From: Dimorphilus gyrociliatus
Lineage: Eukaryota > Animalia > Annelida
Direction: 5' to 3'
DNA: 64,000 nucleotides
Assembly: GCA_904063045.1 (NCBI GenBank)
Contig: CAJFCJ010000021.1
Location: forward strand, 62,001-126,000
This document shows positions 29,537-42,329 of this stretch, piece after piece. Position 1 is the stretch's first letter; each line of letters opens with the position of its first letter. The notes beneath the pieces were generated by a model. It did not search any database. It worked only from the letters and a program-made list of their open reading frames with translations, and had not been told where the DNA came from. A program made the translations under genes and the position numbers.

Positions 29537-32441
29537 TTATCTTTCATTAGACTTTTTTGATATTAATTCATCGCAAATCCTTGCTAAGTCGTCCAAGTCT
29601 TTTTTCTGGAAAAATTAAAAAAATATATATAAATCGTTGTATTGAGAAAAGTTAAAGAAGAGTTGAAAAAAATAAATAAAACCTTCTGAATTAATTCTTT
29701 CTGCAAAGCTGATTCCTTTATTTCCATTACTTTTACTCTGTTCTTCAATAATTGAATCTGAAAAGGGAATGTAGTCTTTTATTTGCTACTCCTTAATTTG
29801 AGAAAAATAATATAATAACGAACTTGTTCACTCTTTTCAGTTTCCATCTTGTTAAAATTAGATTTATTATCAATGTCATTCTGTTCTCTCTCTTTCATTA
29901 AGTTGTTGTATTTATTAACTCTATCCTTCAGTAGGCCTTGTAACTCTTTTAGCTGAGTGTTTAACAATTGATTTTTGACAGTGGTACGATGAAATTTCGA
30001 TTTTAATTCAGAATATAAAGAAGTCGTTTCATTTAACGCTCTCTCAAAACGCTCGACGTCCTCAGCAGCTTGTAAAATTGCCTTGTCCTTTGCCTCTAAC
30101 GAACTGGTTAACTTGTCTAAGACGCCATATTGATAATCAGTAAGAACGCTACAAAAAGTAACAATTTTGGTTATTCGTTATAATTCTAAATTATAGTTAT
30201 AAATAATAAATCCCTTACTCCCATTCTTTCTCTTTTTTCCGGTATTCTTCAAGTTTCTATGTAAAGTAACGTTAATAGTGTTGAGTTAATAATTAGACTA
30301 CATATTAATTATATAGAGAAAATAAAGGCTTTACTAACGGCTTCGTATTCTTTTGCTTTAGCTAGCATTTCATTTCTCATTTGAAGCGTCACCTCCTGCC
30401 TAACTTTCTCAATATCAGCCTGATTCAGGCCATTTGGAGTGGTTACTATAGCTCCGCTGTCATTGCTTCTCGACAGGCAATCGGTGGTGTGCTAGAATTT
30501 AGGAATAAATTGTCTATATATATATATATATGTACATATACAGTATGTAGTTATATATACAATATACTAATATAATAAAATAAATATATGCAAAAAGCAC
30601 AAAATAGTAAGGCAGGGAATACGAAAAAGAGAAGGTAACAATGATTTTCTTTAGGATAGGAGAAAAATATAAAATATTATTATTATAATTACAGGGATAG
30701 AATTCTTCTTCTGCATTGGGATTCTACTTAAACACAATGTCAAAACATCCTACTAACCGCTTGAGTATTAGCAATTTCACCACTATCCAGGGAATCTCTT
30801 GAGTACATCATTTCTCTCTCATTATACTGGCTAACTGATGTTAACCACGATGTACATAGCGAATCATTCTGATTGCGCAACATAGTGATAAGAGAACACG
30901 ATATTAATTTCCTCGGATTTTCGATGAATAATTATGCATTATTCCGCTCTTATCCTTACCAATATCTATCTATCTATTTATATATAAGAGTTTATTTACC
31001 GTATTTGCCGATTGCACAGTCATATTCCTAACAAAACTTGTTTCACCAACACCATTACAGTTCGCCTGGGACGACATTTCCCTTCCGGGCTCGCCAACTT
31101 TAAAAATTAATGGACGGGTGTCGGCGTCTCTCTCTAACAGTTGGCCATCTCCTTTCTCACCTATCCCTTTTCGCTTACAGGCTTCTTCTTGCCAAGCTAC
31201 ATAGAAAAAAAATGCTAGATAAATGCACATAAATTTCGCCTTTTGGTGATTAATCGATATATTTTTACCCTATTTTCACTACTCCTCTTTATAGTCCTAT
31301 TCTATAGTAGATTTTTTTTCTTAGAGAACAAATGTATCTCTTATTTTAAGACAATAATAAACATATGTATGAAAAGCTCCATCAAAGGAATTGGAATAAG
31401 AAATCAAACCATAGAATGATGAACTAAACGTCTGTATTATTTAATTATTTATCAGTAGAAAGAGTTCAAACTAGTCCCTTTGGATAGATTATAAAACATT
31501 ATTAGACGCTCTTAATCTCTAGTAATCAGCTAATGTATTTAAAAAAATTGATAAGTTTATATATTTATATGTAGAAATAGAAAAAGAGAAATAAGATATA
31601 TTAACCGCTTTTATTCAAAAAATCTTCATAAAAAAAAAGGAACGTTACGAAAGGAAAATGAGGGAGAGAGAGAGAAAAAAAAACCGGTTCCCGTCTCTTC
31701 TATTGATTTCTAAGCTTTTCCTCCAGAATACAATATTCACGATGAAAAATACCACCAGGTGGCTTCGTTAGTTTGAGAGCGTCTTTTTTCTTTCTTTTTT
31801 AAGTTTAATTAAAGTCTTATTCTTGAAAATATTTAATAACAAAAAGAAATACTTAGATAATAGGATCTTTGTACTACATAAAACACTTCAATTAAATTGG
31901 TCTATTATTGAAAAAAAAAACTCATTACCTAAATTATGAACGATTTCGATTTCTAATTAAGGAAATTATACATTAAAGGATTGGTTTAGGAGGGAAGGCT
32001 GTTTAAAAGGTGTGTGTGTGTGCGCGCAATCCCGTTATTTTAATTAAACAAGTAAAAAACCTCTTCATTAGAGACCTAAATAAATTCTCGTCTAATTAAC
32101 AAATAAAAGATATATACAGTAATTTAAATATCTACCATATTCTTTTCGTTATTTATCGTACTTCGACAGATAAAGTATTGTAATAAAAACCAGTAAAATC
32201 TTATTTAAATACTATTTTGTGTATTAATTATTAGTTTATTACACATTTATCAATTCTTTGTTGTTTTAATTAAACAAATTATATCATATATCAAACCTTT
32301 TATTGGTCCTTTCTTTGAAGTCGTTTTCTCCGCCGAAGCTCTTCTACATCTTAATTTAAATTTATTTAAATCATCTTGCAACAGTTCAACTGATAATCTT
32401 TTTGGACAATCCCAAAATCCTTCATCATCAACTTTCAACAT
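29537..32441 (-). CDS. TACC: TACC-domain coiled-coil protein; 3' exons (29537-30811) are solid, upstream exons (~31200-30990 and 32441-~32300) are tentative
   Basis: Spliced coiled coil ending LQKELIQK|KKDLDDLARICDELISKKSNER*, which matches the TACC C-terminal signature ELTKICDELI. The exons are phase-compatible. Confidence 0.75.
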
Positions 32442-33305
32442 ATTTTCTATTTATAACAAGCTCGTTGATTTTTTGTCTTCTTTTCTTACTTTATATATTA
32501 CAGTAATATTACTATATAGCATCTATGTGTTACTACTTGTTTATCACGTGTTTATTTGAAAAGAAATCTAGTATAACTGTACTTTACTATATATATATAT
32601 GTTTATACATATAGCATATAGCAATAAAATAAAAAACGATAATCCTTTCGATCACCTACAAAAGAATAATGAAAAACGCTTCAATATTAGTTAGCTGCTA
32701 ATCTTAGGCCTAACCGAAGGAGTCAACAGTTTAGGAAAAATAATAATAAAACTGTGGAAAATTGATAAAAAAAAGAAATAGGAATGCAAGTTTAAACTGG
32801 TTTTTTTTTCTCTCTCTCTCCCTCTATGTCTCTCGGTCTCGGTTCAAAATAGAAGAGAAAGAGCTTATTATTGAAAAAGAAACAACAGTCTAAGGCTGTT
32901 TCTTTACCTTTTGCTTGAATCTATTTAATTTAATTGTTTATTATTTAAAAAAATATCAGAAGAGAAAGAATAAGTTTTCTTAATAGAATGAAATATAAAA
33001 GTATTAGAAACTATACGACAGGAAAATAGGGTGGGGAGGGGGAAGGGTATTTGAATAGTATACAAAAATCTCTAAATCCTTTAACACCTAAATCTTGTTT
33101 GAACGGTATTAATCGTCGAATTGAGCTCTGTTTTTTTATTATTTTTAAGACTCTTTTTCTCTTATCCAATCGCAAAATTTAGGTTTTATGGGTTTTTATT
33201 GCAACTTAATACTTAGTAATAGTTGATAAATAATTAAAAAATGATTTATTAGCTTGATTCTTCCTTTTCTTTAATATTTGATAAGCTTTTATACCAAAAA
33301 TATAT

Positions 33306-34001
33306 CTAAAATTCCAGCACTGTTCCTCTGATTCTTTTCTTTCTCCTTATTACAGTTCTTACTAGAGTATCTGGTGTACTGTTAATAAATGGTTTGTCTG
33401 GAGTTGTTTGTTTACTACTAGAGCTAGGATCTGTAGATCGTGGACTATTGGCCGGTGCCTTTGGGCCTTTTGTTTTACCAGAACTTCCTGCTTTAATTAA
33501 GGAATTTATCTGCCTCATAACTGATAATTGGCGCCGGCTTTCGGCGTCACTCTCTTTATACGAAGAGCTTGTATCTAGATTAAAATTAGGACCAGTTTCG
33601 TATGTAGATTCTAATTCTCCATCGCTAGAATTAGTGAAAACGGCAGTTGAACAATTTATTGAAGAAGCTTCCAATTCGGATTCAGACACGGTTCGAAGAA
33701 TTTTTCGATTTTTCGAAAGGAGAAAATTCTTTTTCTTATTAACTCTTTGTAGACGTATACTAGCTCTTTGACGCCTTAGACCACGTCTAAATTTCTCTTC
33801 TTCAGATATTGGTGTTGAATGAGCGAAACCATCGATTTTATTATCGGAAACAACATCTAAATTTTCTAATATTGTTAAAAAATCAACTTTTAACGAATAG
33901 AGTTCATTCTTTAATTCTAAATTATCTTTAATTATTTCTAGCATTCGAATTTTTGTTGACCAGAATAAATCTATAAAACTTTCTTCGTTGTTTCCTTCCA
34001 T
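33306..34001 (-). CDS. Intronless orphan ORF, 231 aa, basic and Ser-rich
   Basis: ATG-initiated 696-nt ORF in AT-rich DNA, with an N-terminal coiled-coil-like segment and an RRGLRRQRASIR basic patch. No family recognised. Confidence 0.6.
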   Translation of the reverse strand: MEGNNEESFIDLFWSTKIRMLEIIKDNLELKNELYSLKVDFLTILENLDVVSDNKIDGFAHSTPISEEEKFRRGLRRQRASIRLQRVNKKKNFLLSKNRKILRTVSESELEASSINCSTAVFTNSSDGELESTYETGPNFNLDTSSSYKESDAESRRQLSVMRQINSLIKAGSSGKTKGPKAPANSPRSTDPSSSSKQTTPDKPFINSTPDTLVRTVIRRKKRIRGTVLEF

Positions 34002-34917
34002 TTTGTATGTTGTTTACTCTTGAATATTTTTCCTTTTTTATACTTAATTAGCCTACTCAACTCTTTGTTTTTTACTATATTTTTGTTTTTTTTTTCATAG
34101 CTATACATATGAAATGGTATGTACCTATTACAGAAATAGGACTAATTAAATATTAGCCATAAATGGTTAAAATATTAAACTTGTATGGGAGAATAATAGA
34201 AATATTTTATATTCGGAATTAGGGCTCTTATCGAGTTAATTTAAACTATTAATTAATGTTATTTTAAGTTTTCAGTTTCCTTGACTCCTAATACATACTA
34301 GAACATACTTGTTCAAATATTAATTAAAAGATAGATGGCGCTTTGTTGTTTTCCTTCCCCAAAAACCTCACCCCGGACTCCCATTATATTTTATGTAATA
34401 CAGACAATGTTTGTATGTTAATAGAGAAAAACAAGTTTTTATATTAACGTATAAGCTAGGATTAACATTATTCTATTCACAAAGTTTTAAATAATATATG
34501 GAATTTATGCCTATCTGGCCCATTTAGTAAGGAAGAAGTAATAAACCCCTTGTTGTAATCTACAGCCGTCTGGTGTTAATTAATGTCCACATAGCAAAGA
34601 ACAATATAAGTAGTATCTATTTATACTTTTTGTATGAATATTGAATGTACATACAGTATATACTGCATGAATTGATAAACATATACCTGTATATAACTAT
34701 TTTTCAAGCTATTTAAAGACATTTACAATGAAACGAAGAAAGAAATATTGCATAATAAATAGCTATTTATTGTCTTTAAATGATTCATGTAATTTTTTTT
34801 TAATTACGATAATAAACTTGTTTGAAAAATTACAAATAATTTTTAATATTTAATTCTATTTCTAATTAAAAAGAAAGTATATTTTTCGCTTTTAAAGAAA
34901 GTTTATATCGAGCATAA

Positions 34918-36197
34918 ATGGATCAAGATAATGTTACGAGTTGCCAAGATAAATCTAATATAATCGGTGAGCCTGCTTTCCTTCTAACTTTCTACGTTTG
35001 TAATGGTAAGAGGGGGTTACTTTACAATTATTTACAGAAAGACCTAGATTGATTGAAGATAAACCACGACCCTCTTGGTATATTCCTTTATCATCCAAAC
35101 AACTATCAGCTTTCTACGAGGTTCTTTTACTTTCTTTTTATGTTACATTGTGCAGTAAAAAATTGGCCAATTTCCCATCTCCCCCTAACACCCATCCCCT
35201 TCTGTTCTATTTAGCTTCTTATTTATTTGGACAACGGAAATAGCGATCCAAGAGTAATTATAAGAAAATTGAGAGACGTTCCAGGACTGAAAGTTGACTA
35301 TGGAACTCTTCTGCAATCCTTGAGAAGGAGTAGAAATGAGCGTTATAAATACATCGACTTCGATAGATTACTATGGAGTATTGGCATTTTCTCCTATTAC
35401 GATTTCCCTCTAGCATTAGCGTCTAAGAGTGCTAAACTATTAGCTTCTTCGATAGCGACATTTGCCATTCGAGGTTTACTAGAAGAGAGTAGAGACAAAA
35501 ATAATAGTTCAAAATTAAATATCTCAGAAAAAGTAACCGTCAGAGACCTTCGAAGATTAGCCCTTTCAGGCAGAATAGCGTCTAAATTGCCAAATCTAGA
35601 CTGCTTTGTTGATCTTATGAAGGAAATTGCTTTGGGCAATAATCTATTTTACAGCAGTAAAAAAACAAGAAATTTAACCACATCTCTCACCGAAAATAGC
35701 TGTAATTGCAATAATCGCTTACCAATAATAGACGTTTCTAAATTATCTTTAGCCTATCGTAGTAGGCCTCCAACTTTTGCGAAATATATTCCACTAGAGA
35801 AATGTCCTGTGAAGAGATATCCTCAGCCAAAATTTATGAATTATGAATACTTTAAGGCAAAGTTGTTAAAACAGGTTTGCTTAACTTAATGAAAAAGAGA
35901 TTTTTCTTATTAAAAAGTATTTTAAAATAGATGAAAAGAAAAATAGATCGGTATTATACCGATTTAAAGAATGCAAATATAAAGATAAGACCAAAATTAT
36001 TTAAATGGATTGTAGAGAATAGAATGGGTTCGAATGCAAATTGGGATAACATCAATGAATTAGCTCATATCTTTAACATCTATTTCCCTAATAAAAAAAG
36101 TGATATGTTTGTTCAATATCCACCAGATAATCAATACGGTAGAGTTCTTCAAGCAAAACTGAAGGCTGTTAGAAGAGAAAAAAGAGTATATTTTTGA
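34918..36197 (+). CDS. Four-exon uncharacterised protein (~365 aa) with a degenerate EF-hand-pair-like N-terminal region
   Basis: ATG 34918 with phase-compatible introns gives MDQDNVTS..CN|ERPRL..LSSKQLSAFYE|LLIYLDNGNSDPR..YIDFDRLL..KLLKQ|MKRKIDRYY..VYF*. The resemblance to a calmodulin-like scaffold is weak. Confidence 0.65.
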
Positions 36198-36361
36198 AAA
36201 GACAATACAATACTATATTGTTAAAAATTCTCTGTGTTCCATCAATCAAAAGTTTAAGTTATGAATAGAGATTAAATGGCAAATGTATGCACAATACATA
36301 AGAATATGCATCATTGATAATTGAACGTCTGTGAGATATATTTCAGAATCATAGTCTTCTC

Positions 36362-38322
36362 TCAAACATTAGTTGGTTCTTTGCCCGATTCAGGTTGTTT
36401 AGACCTTCTGCTTTGGTTAATTTCGTAGAGTCTAGCAGCTCTATATACAGCAATACTTCCCATAAAACATATTATTACCATTACATAAAAAACAGCTGTC
36501 CAACCGAGAACATCAGCTATAAAGCCAATTAAAGGACCTTCGATGAACCCACCAACTGAACCAAAGCCATTAATCAAACCAGTTACGGCTGCCGCTGCGC
36601 CGTGTCTTTCCCCAAGGTCCGCTGATATTGAACCGCCTAATAGCGAATCTGGTCCACAATTTAGAGCTCCCGCTGACAGTAGGAAAACACTATTAACTAT
36701 AACTCCCCATCCACTAGTTGCTATGAATAATATTAGGCAAATGGCACTGAGAAATATCGATATGCTAACGCCAATAAGTGCTTTTCCTCCTAATAATCTG
36801 AATAAAAAAGAAACTATTGATGTACAGTATAATAAAAAACAGTAAGAATAGAAAAACCTTTACCTATCAACAACAAATCCAATAACTGCTGAACCAGCAA
36901 CACCTCCAATTTCGAACATTGTTGAAAACATACCCGCCTGAGCTTTTGAATATCGTAATACATTCAACAAGTACATTGGAAGCCACATGTACATAGTATA
37001 TCTAACTAATTTTAAACTAAACATTCCAATTGCGCATTCCTTGACACATCTATATATGAAAATTTAATATTATAAATTGTTATGTCTATAAACATTTAAT
37101 AATTACATAACTTTCCATAATTGGAGAAGAGACAACTTTTGAACATTTTGAGTTTCAATTCCAGATTCTTTTGAAGATTCTATAATTTTTTTAAATAAAC
37201 ATAAATGATTAATAAATATTAATAATAAAAGGTTATATATTCCTACCTCTTCCTGGTATATCTATTCCAATTTCGTTGCTTTCTCTAAAGAAGAAGAATA
37301 GGAGAAGACTTATAGTACCCTATAAAATTATCATAGGAATAGAAAGTATACATAACATTTTATATGGTTAATAAAAAACAAACAGTAATGAGAGACGGTA
37401 GAACAAACACATTTCTCCAGCCATATTTTGCTTGTAGAAAGACTGCTAAAGTTGTTCCCACTATTCCTCCAACAAAAGCACTAGCCCCGAATAAACCAAA
37501 AATTGAATTTCTAGATTTATCTGAGAACCATGTGCCAAGAATTTTACCGCAATTTGGCCAACAATGAGCCTTAATAACAGATGAATTAATATTTGTATAA
37601 CTGACATTTAAACAAATTAATATACAGCATACTGTATTTGCTAAACATACCTGAGCTGCCCCGTTAATGAATAATAAGGTAACTAGAATGTAAAAGCTAC
37701 TCCAATTGCCAAAAGTAATCTTGTAAATAATTGAAATATAGATAAAATTTATAATTTTAGAATAAATATCATCATCCTTTTACCATTGATAAAGCTGAAA
37801 TAAATAGTGTTATGGCAAAGGTTCTTCTTGCTCCGAATCGATCTCCAACTGCTCCTAGGAACATCTAATAAAGGATATCTTAACTTAGATATTGAAAAAG
37901 CGATCAGAATTTTTAATTAATCGGTTAATAAATTACCTGAGACATTGCATAAGGAAACAGTAAAGCTGCATCTAACCATCCTAATTGAGATTTACTAAAT
38001 AATAATTCGCTTTTTAAATCAACTTTTATCTGTAGTTTTGAAATATTTTTTAATAAGTCGCTTGAAATTTAATTGATCAATATAGAATATACTGTTGATG
38101 TAGAATAGTTCAAATAATAAATAATATGATTTTGTTGATTCTATTGCATTCCACTTTCTTGTTTTTTATTATAAAATATTCTATTTTATGATCTTGTGTT
38201 AATAAATAGCCTAATTTAAATCTTACCACTCCAAGAGGCTTTCTAAGAAAATATGTTGATGCATAAGCTACCCAGCCAAGTACAAATATAACAATTTGAC
38301 GAAACTTTAAGGAAAGTTTCAT
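36362..38322 (-). CDS. MFS sugar-phosphate exchanger (SLC37/GlpT family), multi-exon
   Basis: WVAYASTYFLRKPLGV, LGAVGDRFGARR, WPNCGKILGTWF, YLVRYTMYMWLPMYL, DLGERHGAAAAVTGLINGFGSVGGFIEGPLIG. Confidence 0.9.
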
Positions 38323-38412
38323 AATTATTTTCCTTATCGGGGAGACAATTTAGAATCAATGGAAAAATGACGTTTTAATCAAGCAATCGCTTTATCAACC
38401 AACTTAAAAATT

Positions 38413-41400
38413 ATGTCTCTTTTACTGAAAACAAGCAACAACTGGTAATAGTGAGGTTACCTAATACAACTCAATTTATGGTAAGGAACATTTGAACCAG
38501 CACACTATTCAGGACTATAGTTGAGCGGAAATAGAACCACTATATCCTCAAGATATTGGCGGTGAATATGTGTAAGAGTATCTTTCCTTCTCTTAAAATC
38601 GTATACATTGTAAATATTTAGGAGAGTTATTCTTACAATAAAACTTAACCATTTTTATTAGATTTTATTACACTTTTTAAAGAATTGTTTCAACTTATAA
38701 GGCTCATTTGTTTCACAATGTACAGATGCACCCCTTCAGAAGCCTGAAGTGAATAACTGCTTGAAACTGCTAGAACAGAATTTGATAGATATATTTACGG
38801 TAAAGTTTTAAAAAGCCGATTAATTCTATTTTAAGAATATCAATATATAACATCAGTTAAGAAAATATTTCGTAATCCAAGAAACAACTTAAGTTATATA
38901 GTATTATTGTTTTCGATAATTAGTTTAATATATTAAATTATTCGTTCAATAAATATATAAAAGATATTACTCTTTAGTTGTTTCCATGTTGTTATTTTTT
39001 TACATATACTACTCATTGAATATTCGAGGTTTTTAAAATTAATTAATGAATATTTCCAATAAAAGGACGATAATAAACTGTTGGAAAATTTCAAACATGA
39101 AAACAAAGAAGAAACAAAAGAATTCAATCAATTTAAAGACTCATTAATGTATATGTTCCAATATGGTTTAAGTGAAGATCAATTCGTATATTGGTTCTAT
39201 TGCGCTTTTACTGGATCCTATTGCTACATCTCTGATATTGAACCTTCTGTACCTAAATTAAATATTCGTTTTTTCGTTGATGTATTGAATTCTACAGATG
39301 GATTACTTGAAAGTTTCCGATGGGTTCGTTTATAGTTAAACAATTTAAATTATTTTCTGTAATTAATATACTCTCTTAAAAGCTACTTTCTGCGTTAGAT
39401 GATAAATCAGTTGTCAACTTGGGATTCGAATTCCTTCTAAACGCTCATCCAAACAAGATGCTTGAAATTATGATTAATCGTCTATTTTTGCAAGAATTGG
39501 ATACGGACGAAATAACTTTCGACAAGCTTATAGTAAATCTTATTGATTTCACGGAGAAGATGAGAAATATTACAATCGATGATAATCTAAAGTTTACAAT
39601 TAACTTAGCTATAATCAACTTAAAAAATCTGGCAAAAAGTGACACACAGAGGGTGATCCTAAAAAGGAAAAATTATAGATTTATGCCTTTCAATGTTCCT
39701 AAAACATTTGATTTTCTTCCTAAAGAAATCAATCAAATAAAAAAGGGTATAGCGGAAAGTTACGATCTTGCTGATGCTTTTGTTGAATGTAAATTAACAT
39801 CTTGTTCTTTAATGGATGATGTTAGTCTCTTAGAAATGGAAGATATGGAAAGCTATCTTAACAGCAGACCAAATATTGATGATTCAAGAATAGTTGATTG
39901 GGTTCATGCAGCAAAAATCTTGACAGTAGAAAACATTCATTTAGATTTCTCAAAAAATCTCGAATTCTTTGAAACAGACGAAAGTAAACTTTCCATTTTC
40001 AGTAGTACTGAACTGTAATTCTATTCTCTTTCTTTCAAGGTAAAATAGAGAAAGCCCTTGATCACTTGGAGACTAATTCAGAAAATATCACTATATTGTA
40101 AATTGCAATTTGCATAGTATATTTTCTTTATAAAACTTAAAAATGATTGCTTTTTCTCCTAAACAGACAGAAATTAATCAATCCCAGTGGAAAGCTACCA
40201 ATAAAATTATTAAAGAGATTTTCAAAAACTCTACATGATATATATGAAAAAGAGAACAGTTTACTTGATTATTCGGATTTGCAACAGATCTTTGTAACAA
40301 TTTTTCTAAATCTGAAATTGGATTTGGAGCAATCTATATTAGACTATATCCTCTCCTACGCTTGGAATTCATTGAAGGGATATAAATCTGAATTTTCTAT
40401 TACAACAATATGTAATTTAATTTGTGGAGCTACGGAAAAGACTCATCAGGTAGGTTTTCATTAAAAAGTGTTCCGTAAAGAAAACGTTATCTTTAGGTTC
40501 AACAAGTTAAACGGTTGGCTCTTTTGGCTCTTGTCGACTATCCTTCAGTAATCTCAAAGTTAATTCACGAAGCAGCTCAAACGTCCGCCCAAAAGGATCT
40601 TTATTACAAAGTATTAACATTTTATTTTATTGAAATATTTCTAAACTTTCTATATGCTTTTTAAATAGATTCTCTCAAGATTTCCAAGTCTATGTTTGGA
40701 AAGATGCGAAGAAATATTTCTTTCAGAAATAAATAAGAAATTCTGTAATTTAAAATCAACAGAAACCGCTTTCTTTGAATTTATACAGAAATTACTTGAG
40801 GTAATCTTGCAGTTTAATTGAGCTAAAAAGTATTGAATATAATTTCTTTCAGCCTGGACCTAAAATTGTTGATAATCGCCCTCTTTTAAGTTTGAACACT
40901 TTTGTGACGAAAATATTCCTACCTGCTTTGGATAATGAAAATAACTTTTCAGTTGCAATTGAGTGTTTTTATCATTGCAAAAGTATCCTGGATGACTCCT
41001 CTCCTGCTCAAAAACTGGATTTACTAAGAAAATTTGTAAATCTTCATAGTACTCTACTAGAGGAGCATAACCTTCGAGAAAAAGTAGATTCAGTCATTGA
41101 AAGAATTGTTGATCATATCAATACGTCACATCCGGAATATGGTAACAACAATACAAAAGTAAACTTCAAAGAATCATAACACCCTTTACTTTTTAAGCTT
41201 CAATCGATGCCCTTAAAGTTATAACTGATGATGAAAATCTCCCTTGGCAAAGTGCAATATTACTATTCCCCTTGTTAGTTAACAAAGGCGACGATCCTCA
41301 GGTTACTACAATATTGTTTCTTTCCTTATTCCTTTGCGAATAATATATAGTCTAACTTTATAGTTTCTTCCCGAACTTTGGCATAGTTATCTTAAAAATG

Positions 41401-42329
41401 AGAATTGTTATTGGAGAGAAATTGGTGAAGATATCTTTGGAGAAAACAAAGAAGGTAAAGTATTAGAATAAATTGATATTTAAACAAAACTTCTCCTTGT
41501 GTAATTTTAGATATTAGAAATCTGTTGAAACTTCTGATCAAGTTTTAAGCATAAAGTTAAAAATTTACAGAGACATTTTTTCTACAGATGCTGTTCAACT
41601 TCATGCAATTATTGAATTAAGTGCATCCCATAAAAGTATCCGTGAATATATTGCAAAATATCTATTCGATAAAATGAAGCATTATAATGTTACGGTTAAA
41701 ATAGAAGATTGGGCAATATGCTTTCAAACAGTTTAGTAACAAATATACTATGTAATTTATAAATAATCATTTCTAAAATGTTTTGTTTTTAGGTTATTTC
41801 TGGATACGCTCCTTTTGAAGTCAGTAGGGTAGTTCTTATGCTAAAAGAATATTGGATATATTGTCAAGAAGTACCACCGTTTCAATCAGATTTGGCTTTA
41901 AGTAAGATAAGAAAAAACTAGTAATTAATGCTATTTTTGAAAAATTTTCTCCAATCAGTTAACGAAAGTAATCAAACATTAGTCGGAAAAGTCTTGATTA
42001 GTATAATTGCTCTTATCAGAGATGCCGTGGAATGTATATTCAAGGGCGAATCTTCAGATGAGAAACAGGTCATAGTCGGAAAATCGTGTTGCGTAATCAT
42101 CAAAACGATTTTAGAATGGTTTGAAGAAGAGCAGAGTTCCAACACTGCAGTCCTGTGCTATATTATTGAAGCAGCTAAACAATTAGCTTCCCATTTTAAT
42201 GAGGAAACGGCCGAAGGCTTACAAGTATTAGTCAAAGAAGCAACGAGAATGTGGCTAAAGATAAACGATTCGATAAAAAAACAATATGAGTATCTCAGTG
42301 ATAAAGTGAATTTAGAAGAAAATTCCTAA
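38413..42329 (+). CDS. Large multi-exon alpha-helical protein, possibly Gemin4-like; 5' end unresolved
   Basis: Series of phase-linked exons. The segment QVKRLALLA..ILSRFPSLC..KFCNLKSTETAFFEFIQKLLEP..LLSLNTFVTKIFLPAL resembles my recollection of GEMIN4. This is from memory only. Confidence 0.55.

Noticed and set aside
34940-34952. X-box-like GTTGCCAAGATAA
   Set aside because: Falls inside the predicted first coding exon (ATG 34918) and is an imperfect match.
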